Assembly (NCBI GenBank): GCA_020637195.1
Contig: JACJWK010000010.1
Coordinates: 1,674 to 65,673, forward strand
DNA from: Microthrixaceae bacterium
Lineage (GTDB): Bacteria; Actinomycetota; Acidimicrobiia; Acidimicrobiales; DATDAH01
DNA length: 64,000 bases
Direction: 5' to 3'
Shown: piece by piece, positions 1-7,804 of the stretch
Numbering within the stretch: position 1 is the first letter of the stretch
Layout of the letters: each line of letters starts with the position of its first letter
The notes under the pieces: generated by a model
The model's database searches: none
Seen by the model: only the letters and a program-made list of their open reading frames with translations
What the model was told of the DNA's origin: nothing
Made by a program: the position numbers and the translations under genes

Positions 1-1
1 C

Positions 2-1411
2 GGCGAGGTGCGGGCGTGCTGTCGCAACGTGCGGTTCCCGCTGGGCAACGTCGCCGGCCAGCGCCTCACCGACCTGTGGGAGGGCGCCCGCCGCCACGAG
101 CTGGTCGGCCGCCTCGCGGTCGACGACTGGTCCCTCGGGTGCCAGGGGTGCGGCACCGAGGTCGCCCAGGAGGGTCGGCCGGGCTCGTACCCCGCCAGCT
201 TCGACGCCCGCGCCGAGCACCTCGGCGGCGGCCCCGACGCCGGGCGGTGGCCCACGTTCTTCGAGTTCAACCTCTCGAACGCCTGCAACCTCCAGTGCCT
301 CCAGTGCAACGGTGACCTGTCGTCGTCGATCCGCATCCACCGGGAGCACCGGGCACCGTTGCCCGCCGTCTACGGCGACGAGTTCTTCGAGGACCTCGCC
401 GAGTTCCTCCCCCACCTCCACCAGGTGCAGTTCGCCGGGGGCGAGCCGTTCCTCGGCGCCGAGAACTACCGCGCCTGGGACCTGATCGCCGACGTGGCCC
501 CCGACCTGCCCGTCACCGTCGTCACGAACGCCACCCAGTGGGGCCCGCGGGTCGAATCGGTCCTCGAGCGCCTGGCGGTCGGGTTCGTGTTCTCGCTGGA
601 CGGCATCCACGAGGCGACGTACGAGGCCATCCGCGTCGGCGCCGACATCGACGCGGTGCTGGCCAACGTCGACCGCTTCTGCGCCTACGCCCGCGAGCGG
701 GGCACCGCCACCATGATCAACCACTGCCTGATGGTGCAGAACGCCCACGAGTTCGCCGACCTGTTGCTGTTCGCCGACGAACGTGACCTGCCCGTCAACG
801 TCAGCGTCGTGCACCACCCGGGGCACTGCAGCATCGCCCGGCTCCCCCACGACGACATGCGCGCCCTGCTCGACCGCCTCACCGCCCAGTCGCCGCAGGT
901 CGCCCCCCGGCTCGGCCGCAACCGGGAGGTCTGGGACCGGGAGCTGGCCCGCATCGCCAGCTGGGTCGAGAGCGGCACGGGCGGCGCGGTCGACGACGGG
1001 GAGTTCGCGGCGTCGGCCCACGAGATCCTCGACCTTCCCCGCCAGGGCGACGGCCCCTACGACGACGGTGGGGCCCGCGCCGAGCTCACGGCCTTCGCCG
1101 ACGCGCCGGTGCACGTCGTGACCGTGGGGCCCGACGACGTGATCCGCTCCTGCACCCCGGCCCCCGACGAGCTGTTCGGCGTGCCCGGCACCGACCTGGT
1201 GGGCCGGCCGGTGGCCGACCTCCGCGACCTGTTGACCCGACGCCACGGGACGATGACGGACTACCGCGTCACCGACGTGGGCATCGATCGGATCGACGCC
1301 GCCGCCCGCTGCGGTGATCTGGAGCTCCGGCTGTCGCTGGTGGCGGTCCGGGACGAGCAGGGCTGGGCCGACGAGGGACGGGTGCTCGTCGGGCGGCGCT
1401 CGATCGCCTGA
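2..1411 (+). CDS. Radical SAM protein, 5'-partial. A SPASM-like Cys motif is followed in the same frame by a complete radical-SAM core and a PAS-like C-terminal region.
   Basis: The frame is open from the window edge. CX3CX2C motif 'SNACNLQCLQCNG'. The N-terminal 'CCRNV...LGCQGCG' resembles the C-terminal Cys motif of the radical SAM at 40996..42702. The C-terminal ~110 aa ('VHVVTVGPDDVIRSCTPAPDELFGVPGTDLVGRPVADL...') looks PAS-like. GC3 is high. Confidence 0.7.
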   Translation, partial: GEVRACCRNVRFPLGNVAGQRLTDLWEGARRHELVGRLAVDDWSLGCQGCGTEVAQEGRPGSYPASFDARAEHLGGGPDAGRWPTFFEFNLSNACNLQCLQCNGDLSSSIRIHREHRAPLPAVYGDEFFEDLAEFLPHLHQVQFAGGEPFLGAENYRAWDLIADVAPDLPVTVVTNATQWGPRVESVLERLAVGFVFSLDGIHEATYEAIRVGADIDAVLANVDRFCAYARERGTATMINHCLMVQNAHEFADLLLFADERDLPVNVSVVHHPGHCSIARLPHDDMRALLDRLTAQSPQVAPRLGRNREVWDRELARIASWVESGTGGAVDDGEFAASAHEILDLPRQGDGPYDDGGARAELTAFADAPVHVVTVGPDDVIRSCTPAPDELFGVPGTDLVGRPVADLRDLLTRRHGTMTDYRVTDVGIDRIDAAARCGDLELRLSLVAVRDEQGWADEGRVLVGRRSIA

Positions 1412-1422
1412 GGGGCGGCCCC

Positions 1423-2802
1423 TCAGAAGGGCAGCTGCTCCGCCTGCAGCTCGCACAGCTCGTCGAACATCGCGCGGCAGGCGGCGGGGTCGTCCGGCGT
1501 GAGCGGGTCCTCGACGAGGGCACGGAAGGCCAGGTCGCGGTCGCCGGTGACGGTCGCCTCCACCAGCAGCTCCTGGAGCTCGATCTGGGGCGCGATCCAA
1601 CCGGCGAGGGGCTCCCCCACGGGGGCGACCGTGTCGGGGTGGACCCCGTCGCCGTCGACCGTCGCGCCCACCTCGACGATCGCTCCCTCGGCGATGTCGG
1701 GCACGTTGCCGCGGTTGGGGACGTTCACCGCCATGAGGCGGCGGGGTGTGCCCGTCCACATCGCGGCGATGATCGGGACCACCTCCTCGGCGCTGTGGCC
1801 CACCCGGTGCAGGGGCACGGGCACGGCGGTGTCGGCCACCCAGGCGCTGAGGCGCTCGGTGAAGTCGCTGAAGCGCTCCATGACGTCGACGCGCGACGGG
1901 TACCAGTCGGCCACGTCCGCGGTGAAGGGCAGGTACTCGCCGATGTGGCTGTCGATCGAGCAGGGCACGAGCCCGTACTCGCGCACCAGATGCACGACGA
2001 GGGGCATGTACAGCTCGTCGCCCAGGGCGCCGAGCGGGCCGAACCGGCCCATCCACTGCACGGCCCGCACCGACGCCGGCCCGTAGTCGAAGACCCCGCG
2101 CTCGAACAGGCGCCGGACCTCGGGGAGCAGGTCCTCGCCCGTGCGGCGGTCTCGCAGCGTCGTGAAGAAGGTGAAGTGGTTGATGCCCGACGCCTCGGCG
2201 TCGATGTCGCGGCGGTCCCGGCGCAGGAACTTGGCCAGGCGACCCACCCCGTTGGGCATCTCGTGGCACATGCTGACCGACCGCACGTCGGTGTGGCGCT
2301 CGATGGCCAGGGCCACGCGGCTGAGCGGGTTGGAGAGGTTGATCATCATCGTGTCGGGGCAGTGGCGCTCGATGTCGGCGCAGATCGACAGCGTGTTGGC
2401 GATGCTGCGCAGGGAGTGGAAGACCGCGCCCGGCCCGCCGTTCTCACCGTTGATCTGGCGGGCGCCGTGGCGGTTGGGCACCTCGTAGTCCTGGCGGCGG
2501 TAGTGGAAGCGGCCGAACTCGGCGCTGCTCATCACGAAGTCGGCCCCGTCGAGGGCCTCGGCGGGCTCGACCGTGCGGTCGAGCACGACGGGCGCGCCGG
2601 ACGCGGCGTTGAGCTTCGACGCGAACCGGTACGCCCGTAGCAACCGGGCCTCGTTCACGTCGTGGAGGACGAGCCGGGCCCCGGCCAGGGCCGGGGTCTT
2701 GATCACGTCGTTGACCATGGTGGGGCCGAACGCCATGCCGCCGGCGCCGACGAGGGTGATCTTCGGGGCGGACGCGCTGGCGGAGCGGGCGGGTGCAGGC
2801 AT
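1423..2802 (-). CDS. Glycoside hydrolase family 4 (NAD-dependent alpha-glucosidase / 6-phospho-glycosidase type)
   Basis: N-terminal Rossmann motif 'KITLVGAGGMAFG'. GH4 signature region 'NLSNPLSRVALAIERHTDVRSVSMCHE'. Start chosen at the internal ATG (MPAPARS...); the ORF-track start at 2847 is an alternative. Confidence 0.8.
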   Translation of the reverse strand: MPAPARSASASAPKITLVGAGGMAFGPTMVNDVIKTPALAGARLVLHDVNEARLLRAYRFASKLNAASGAPVVLDRTVEPAEALDGADFVMSSAEFGRFHYRRQDYEVPNRHGARQINGENGGPGAVFHSLRSIANTLSICADIERHCPDTMMINLSNPLSRVALAIERHTDVRSVSMCHEMPNGVGRLAKFLRRDRRDIDAEASGINHFTFFTTLRDRRTGEDLLPEVRRLFERGVFDYGPASVRAVQWMGRFGPLGALGDELYMPLVVHLVREYGLVPCSIDSHIGEYLPFTADVADWYPSRVDVMERFSDFTERLSAWVADTAVPVPLHRVGHSAEEVVPIIAAMWTGTPRRLMAVNVPNRGNVPDIAEGAIVEVGATVDGDGVHPDTVAPVGEPLAGWIAPQIELQELLVEATVTGDRDLAFRALVEDPLTPDDPAACRAMFDELCELQAEQLPF

Positions 2803-2849
2803 AGAACCAGGAACGATATGGAGCCACGCACGTGCCCGCAGGGGCACCC

Positions 2850-3482
2850 ATGATCCGGGCGGCGCTGTTCGACTTCGGCGGGGTCATCCTGTCGTCCCCG
2901 TTCGAGGCCTTCGCCGCCTTCGAGCGCGAACGGGGACTGCCCCCCGACTTCCTCCGCACGGTCAACGCCACCGATCCCGACACCAACGCCTGGGCGCTCC
3001 TCGAGCGCAGCGAGGTCACCCTCGACGAGTTCGACGCCCGCTTCGCCGCCGAGTCGGCCGCCCTCGGTCACGAGGTCCGGGGCCACGAGGTGCTCGGCCT
3101 GCTCCGGGGGACCCTCCGTCCCCGCATGGTCGAGGCCGTGCGGCGCTGCTCGGAGCGGCTCGTCACCGGCCTGCTCACGAACAACTTCGTGGTGTCCGAC
3201 GACGGCGCCCACGTCGACCGCGAGCAGGAGATGGCCGAGGTGCTCGCGCTGTTCGACGCCGTGGTGGAGTCGAGCCGGGTCGGGATGCGCAAGCCCGACC
3301 CCCGCTTCTACGAGCTCGCCTGCGAACGCCTCTCGATCGCGCCCGACGAGGCCGTGTTCCTCGACGACCTCGGCGTCAACCTGAAGCCGGCCCGGGCCCT
3401 CGGCATGACCACCATCAAGGTGGTCGACCCCGACGAGGCCCTCGCCGAGCTCGAGGCCGTCGTGGGGTTCCCCCTCGCGTGA
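2850..3482 (+). CDS. HAD-superfamily hydrolase (phosphatase, subfamily IA-like)
   Basis: Motif I 'AALFDFGGVI' (DxG variant of DxD) and a C-terminal 'FLDDLGVNLKPA' motif typical of HAD IA. Divergent from the GH4 gene. Confidence 0.7.
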   Translation: MIRAALFDFGGVILSSPFEAFAAFERERGLPPDFLRTVNATDPDTNAWALLERSEVTLDEFDARFAAESAALGHEVRGHEVLGLLRGTLRPRMVEAVRRCSERLVTGLLTNNFVVSDDGAHVDREQEMAEVLALFDAVVESSRVGMRKPDPRFYELACERLSIAPDEAVFLDDLGVNLKPARALGMTTIKVVDPDEALAELEAVVGFPLA

Positions 3483-3580
3483 GCCCGGCGCCTGCGCCCT
3501 TCCCGGGCCTCGCGTAGCCTGTGGCCCGTTGGGGCCGCGACGTCGTCGGGCCACGAGGAGTCCCGAGGAAGGGTGGACCG

Positions 3581-4069
3581 ATGAGCGACCAGCAGCGTGA
3601 GCCCGAGGTGGAGGTGTCGGGCATCGACCTCGACGGTGACGGCGAGCTCGACGGGGTCAACGTGACCGAGACCATCGGCAAGGACGTCGACGGCGACGGC
3701 TTCGACGACGTCGTCACGGAGACCTCCACCTCCGTGATCGACGTGGACGGCGACGGCTCGCCCGACATCATCACGTCGACCGAGACCACGATCTACGACC
3801 TCGACGGGGACGGGTCGACCGACGTGATCCAGGAGGTCACCACCACCGCGATCGACGTGGACGGCGACGGTGTCCCCGACATCGTCCAGGAGACCACCAC
3901 GACCGCCATCGACCTCGACGGCGACGGCACGTTCGACGCGGTCGAGGAGATCACGGCCACGGGTGTGGACCTCGACGGCGACGGCACCCTCGACGAGATC
4001 GAGGTGACCGAGAAGGTCTACGGCACCGACGGCCTCGAGGCCGGCGACGAGGGCGACGGCGACGACTGA
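3581..4069 (+). CDS. Highly acidic repeat protein with about 8 D-x-D-G-D-G motifs (putative Ca2+-binding). No signal peptide or TM segment is visible.
   Basis: SD-like GAGGAAGGGTGG lies upstream of the ATG at 3581. Repeats include 'IDLDGDGELD', 'KDVDGDGFDD', 'IDVDGDGSPD', 'YDLDGDGSTD', 'IDVDGDGVPD', 'IDLDGDGTFD' and 'VDLDGDGTLD'. Confidence 0.7.
   Translation: MSDQQREPEVEVSGIDLDGDGELDGVNVTETIGKDVDGDGFDDVVTETSTSVIDVDGDGSPDIITSTETTIYDLDGDGSTDVIQEVTTTAIDVDGDGVPDIVQETTTTAIDLDGDGTFDAVEEITATGVDLDGDGTLDEIEVTEKVYGTDGLEAGDEGDGDD
3622..3995 (+). repeat. Coding tandem repeat of about 57-63 nt period (DxDGDG units separated by Thr/Glu-rich linkers)
   Basis: Recurrent 'gacctcgacggcgacggc' / 'gacgtggacggcgacggc' cores are seen directly in the DNA. 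Confidence 0.8.
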
Positions 4070-4078
4070 GCCACGCCG

Positions 4079-4705
4079 TCAGCCCACGCGCTCGAAGAGG
4101 TACGCGAACGGCGACGTGGTGTAGGCGACCCCGCGACCGGAGCGGTGGAGGGACTCCCTCGTGATCTCGACGTCACGCTTCGGCACGAGGTACCGCTCGA
4201 GACCGCTGCCGTCGAGCCGGTACCGGCCGTCACGGGATCGCACCACGCCGGCGAGCCGGTAGCGGTCGTCGATCGACGCCATCGCCGCGTCGCCGTGGCT
4301 GGCGTTGACCAGCAGGTGCCCGCCGGGGCGCAGGTACCGCGTGCAGTGCTCGGAGACGAAGCCCGCGTACAGCGACACGACCAGGTCGAACGACCGCTCC
4401 TCGAGCGCGAGCGGCTCCTGGTAGTCGGCGTGCAGGAACCGGAACGTGTGCCGGCCCGGGTCCGCGCCGCGCTCGGCGAGGAGCGCTCGCACCCCCTCCT
4501 CGTCCGAGAAGAACTGGTTCGCCCGTCGGTCGACGTCGACGTAGGTCACCGAGGGAAAGACGAACGACGGCGCGAGGTCGACGTAGGAACCCGGATAGAG
4601 GACCGCCGACACGTCGAGGCCCTGGGCCACGGCGGCGAACAGCGGCCGGCGGTCGCCGACCGCCCGGTCCTGCGTCTCCCACAACTTCCGCGTCCGGTCG
4701 AGCAC
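4079..4705 (-). CDS. Putative class I SAM-dependent methyltransferase-like protein
   Basis: 'VLYPGSYVDLAPS...FDLVVSLYAG...YLRPGGHLLV' resembles methyltransferase motifs I/II/post-II. Recognition is weak. Confidence 0.45.
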   Translation of the reverse strand: MLDRTRKLWETQDRAVGDRRPLFAAVAQGLDVSAVLYPGSYVDLAPSFVFPSVTYVDVDRRANQFFSDEEGVRALLAERGADPGRHTFRFLHADYQEPLALEERSFDLVVSLYAGFVSEHCTRYLRPGGHLLVNASHGDAAMASIDDRYRLAGVVRSRDGRYRLDGSGLERYLVPKRDVEITRESLHRSGRGVAYTTSPFAYLFERVG

Positions 4706-4866
4706 CCCGTCACGCTAGGCGGCCCGCGGTCGCGCGGGCGGCGTCTCGTCGCGGGAGGCGTTCCGCCAGGTGGCGGATGTGCCAGCGCCCGGCGCCGGCT
4801 CTCAGCCCACCGCCGAGCACCCCCGGTCGGGCACGGCGCGCCCCCCTGTGCCGATCGTGTCCGGCC

Positions 4867-6210
4867 TCAGGCGAGGAACCTCTTGGCCACCTCGTACCAG
4901 CCGAGCGCGGACAGCTCCAGCGACTCGAGGTCGATGCGCTCGTCCACCCCGTGGAACCGCGACCAGTACTGATCCGGTGAGAGCTGCTCGCTGAGCAGAC
5001 CGAAGCCGTAGGTCGTGGTGCCCGCGGGACGCAGCCAACTCGCGTCCGTCCACGCCGCGAGCATCGCCGGGACGAGGGTTGCGCCGTCGTGCGCCTGGTC
5101 GGTGACCGACGCCAGGACATCCCAGAGCGGCGTCTCGGTCGACGAGGCCCTCGCGTCCTGGTGGAAGATGAGGATGCCGTCCTCCTCGACCAGGTCGGCG
5201 AGCAGATCCCGGAGCTCCTGGGCCATCGCTTCGCCGGAATCGCCGAGCGCCGGGCGGAAGTTGACGGCCAGTTCGACGGTCTGCGGGATCGTGTTCACCT
5301 TCTCCCCGCCCTGCAGGATCGTCGGCACGGCCGTGCATCGAGTGCACGCGTGCGCGTGGGCCGCCATGCCGTCGGGCAACAGGTCGAGCACCTCGTCGAT
5401 GCGGCTCGCGTCCACGAGCGCCGCGGCGAGGTCGGCGTCGAAGCCCTGCGCCCCGACCCAGCGGCGCCACGGCTCGGAGATGCGCACCTGCGGCCGCCAC
5501 GCCCCGATCCGGCGGACGGCCTCGGCGGCCTTGAACAGCGGGTTGTCGGCTCCGTGCGGAAGGGACGCGTGCGATTGCCGACCCCGGAACGCGACGTGCA
5601 CGGCCCCCATGCCCTTGTCGCTCACCGAGGCGTCGACGACGAGTCCCTTCGGGGTCCGGCGGGCAGCACCACCGACCTCGGTCAGTGCGAAGTCGGTTCG
5701 GACCAGGTCCTGGTCGCTCTCGAGCACCTGCTTCGCCCCCAGGTACCCACCGTTCTCCTCGTCGGGGACCGCCCAGAACACCAGGTCCCCGCGAGGCCGG
5801 AAGCCCTCGTCCGCCAGCCGGCGAACGGTGAGCGCCATCGCCGCGGTCTGATTCAACATGTCGACCGCGCCCCGCCCCCAGACCTCCCCGTCCACGAGCT
5901 CGCCGCCGAACGGATCCCGCGTCCAGCCATCGGCCTCGTCGGCCGGGACGACGTCGGTATGGCCCATGAGCGCCAGCGACGGTGCGGCCGGGTCCGAGCC
6001 GGCGATGCGCGCGACCAACGAGGCGCGACCGTCGATCGCCTCGTGCCAGTCGACGTCGACCCCGGGGCCCTCCACGACCGCCCGCAGCGTGGCCGCGTTC
6101 ACCGACTCGTTGCCGATCGACGAGATGCCCTCGAATCTGCTCACGCACCGGTTGCGGATCAGCACACCGAGCAGCTCCGCCACCTCGTCTCCGGAAGATC
6201 CGTCAGCCAC
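4867..6210 (-). CDS. M20-family metallopeptidase (ArgE/DapE/dipeptidase-like)
   Basis: 'LMGHTDVVPADEADGWTRDPFGGELVDGEVWGRGAVDMLN' is the classical M20 metal-binding region. Start set at GTG 6210, preceded by GAGAGGA; the longer ORF-track N-terminus is Arg-rich and looks non-coding. Confidence 0.8.
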   Translation of the reverse strand: MADGSSGDEVAELLGVLIRNRCVSRFEGISSIGNESVNAATLRAVVEGPGVDVDWHEAIDGRASLVARIAGSDPAAPSLALMGHTDVVPADEADGWTRDPFGGELVDGEVWGRGAVDMLNQTAAMALTVRRLADEGFRPRGDLVFWAVPDEENGGYLGAKQVLESDQDLVRTDFALTEVGGAARRTPKGLVVDASVSDKGMGAVHVAFRGRQSHASLPHGADNPLFKAAEAVRRIGAWRPQVRISEPWRRWVGAQGFDADLAAALVDASRIDEVLDLLPDGMAAHAHACTRCTAVPTILQGGEKVNTIPQTVELAVNFRPALGDSGEAMAQELRDLLADLVEEDGILIFHQDARASSTETPLWDVLASVTDQAHDGATLVPAMLAAWTDASWLRPAGTTTYGFGLLSEQLSPDQYWSRFHGVDERIDLESLELSALGWYEVAKRFLA

Positions 6211-6670
6211 GGCGGCAGTCCTCTCGTGGTCCGGTCGTGGCGGTGACCGTACCAACACCGGCTCCTCCCGTCCCGAGCCCGGCGTGGCACGCCCGGCCCA
6301 CGGGTTCGCCGTCCGACGTGCTCCGGTTCCCCGTGGCGCCGACCGGCGATCCGTGCGCTGGCGGCCATGAGACCGACACATCGACCTGTGGACCTGACGG
6401 GACGGCGTTCAACCCTTCAGATTGGGCAGATCCATGGATTCTCCCCGTGGGGCGAGCGCGCCCCCCGTTCGTCTCTTGGTGAGATGCACCCGCCTCCCTG
6501 ACATCCGATACGCAGGATCGTCGGTTCGTCGCCCCGGCGGTGGCCCTGGCCCGGGAACCCGAACAGGGATCCATCGGTCGACGCCGTGAACGACACGCCA
6601 TCGGGTGTCCCACGGCGAGTCGCGAACCGGCACGTATGGCATTGTGACCTCTGCTCTGCAGGAGGAGTCG

Positions 6671-7462
6671 ATGGGGTCGCTCGATGATGCGGTGAGGCTC
6701 GAGGCCGCGGGACCCGGCGTGTGGACCAGCTACGCCGATCCCGACCATGAGTCGATCAATGGCATGTTCGGCGGATGGACCGCAGCTGTCTCGGTGGCAG
6801 CAGTGATCGCATCGGCCGACGAGGCGCTGCGGCCCTCCGCGCTCACGATCAGCTACCTCTCGGTGGTGACACCCCAGACGACATCTGCCATCCACGTCGA
6901 ACGCCTGGGCGGCAGCCGCTCGATCGACCACTGGCGGGCCGACCTCCGGGCGTCCGATACCGGCGAGCTGCAAGCGACAGCGTCGATGGTGCTCACCGCT
7001 CGGCGCCCCACCGAGGCGCACGACCAGTGGTCGATGCCTCGGGCAGCGGCGCCGAACGCACTGCCCGAGTTCCACGCTCCCGGAACCCAGGGTCAGCAGA
7101 CCGACATCCGCCGCCTGTCCGGCGACGACGATGGGTTCGGCAGCGGCGACACGCGAACAACCCACTGGATCCGCATGGCATCGGGTCGGCAGCTCGACCA
7201 CCTCCAGCTCGCCTATCTGGCAGATCAGTTCGCACCGCGCTCGTTCTACTGGGGTGTCGGCCGGCGGCCATCTGCCACCCTCACGATGACGGTCTACTTC
7301 CACGCCACCGACGACGAGCTCGCGGAGGTGGGGACCGGCTACATCCTGAACGAGGCCACCGGAACCCGAGGCTCACATGCCACCTCGGGCCAGCAGGCCC
7401 GCATGTGGAGCCCGACTGGCGCCCTTCTGGCCACGACAGAGCAACTGGCCTGGTACCGCTGA
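6671..7462 (+). CDS. Acyl-CoA thioesterase II-like (double hot-dog) protein
   Basis: GGAGGAG SD upstream of the ATG at 6671. 'MFGGWTAAVSVAA' plus a C-terminal 'SGQQARMWSPTGALLATTEQLAWYR' resemble the TesB-like family. Confidence 0.6.
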   Translation: MGSLDDAVRLEAAGPGVWTSYADPDHESINGMFGGWTAAVSVAAVIASADEALRPSALTISYLSVVTPQTTSAIHVERLGGSRSIDHWRADLRASDTGELQATASMVLTARRPTEAHDQWSMPRAAAPNALPEFHAPGTQGQQTDIRRLSGDDDGFGSGDTRTTHWIRMASGRQLDHLQLAYLADQFAPRSFYWGVGRRPSATLTMTVYFHATDDELAEVGTGYILNEATGTRGSHATSGQQARMWSPTGALLATTEQLAWYR

Positions 7463-7621
7463 AAGGGCTCCGACTCGACCTCGACACCCCGTGGGAGGAC
7501 TGGGAGTAGAACTTCGACCACATGCGCCCGATCCGCCCACGCGAGACCGAAGTGCGCTCGTTCGAACCCTACCGCTGACCGGCGGTTCTCCACCTGGCTG
7601 TTGTGAGATCGACACAGTTCG

Positions 7622-7696
7622 TGGGCGCTACAGGACTCGAACCTGTGACCCCCTGCTTGTAAGGCAGGTGCTCTGACCAGACTGAGCTAAGCGCCC
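7622..7696 (-). tRNA. tRNA-Val (anticodon TAC)
   Basis: Folded by hand: acceptor GGGCGCT/AGCGCCC, D arm GCTC..GAGC, anticodon stem CCTGC/GCAGG with loop CTTACAA, T arm ACAGG-TTCGAGT-CCTGT. Length 75 nt. CCA is not encoded. Confidence 0.9.
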
Positions 7697-7804
7697 CCGG
7701 GAGCGGCCACGCTAGCGCCCCCCTCGGACTCGGGGTCGGGGCTCCCTTCCCGGCCGAGAGGAGGTGGGCTACCCTCGCCGGGTCGCCACCCGGGGGGTTC
7801 CTCC

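Noticed and set aside
6409-6642. A 77-aa minus-strand ORF inside the long 6211-6670 spacer, considered as a possible small protein.
   Set aside because: Codon bias is poor, there is no SD, and no motif was recognised. It is treated as non-coding, and the spacer itself is reported as a finding.
7463-7804. tRNA-Val and the tRNA-Met/Asn pair as integration sites of a genomic island or prophage. The excisionase-type HTH at 38464 was also considered as a prophage remnant.
   Set aside because: No integrase, recombinase or phage structural gene is present. I found no direct repeat of a tRNA 3' segment in the flanks. The excisionase-like HTH has no integrase partner.
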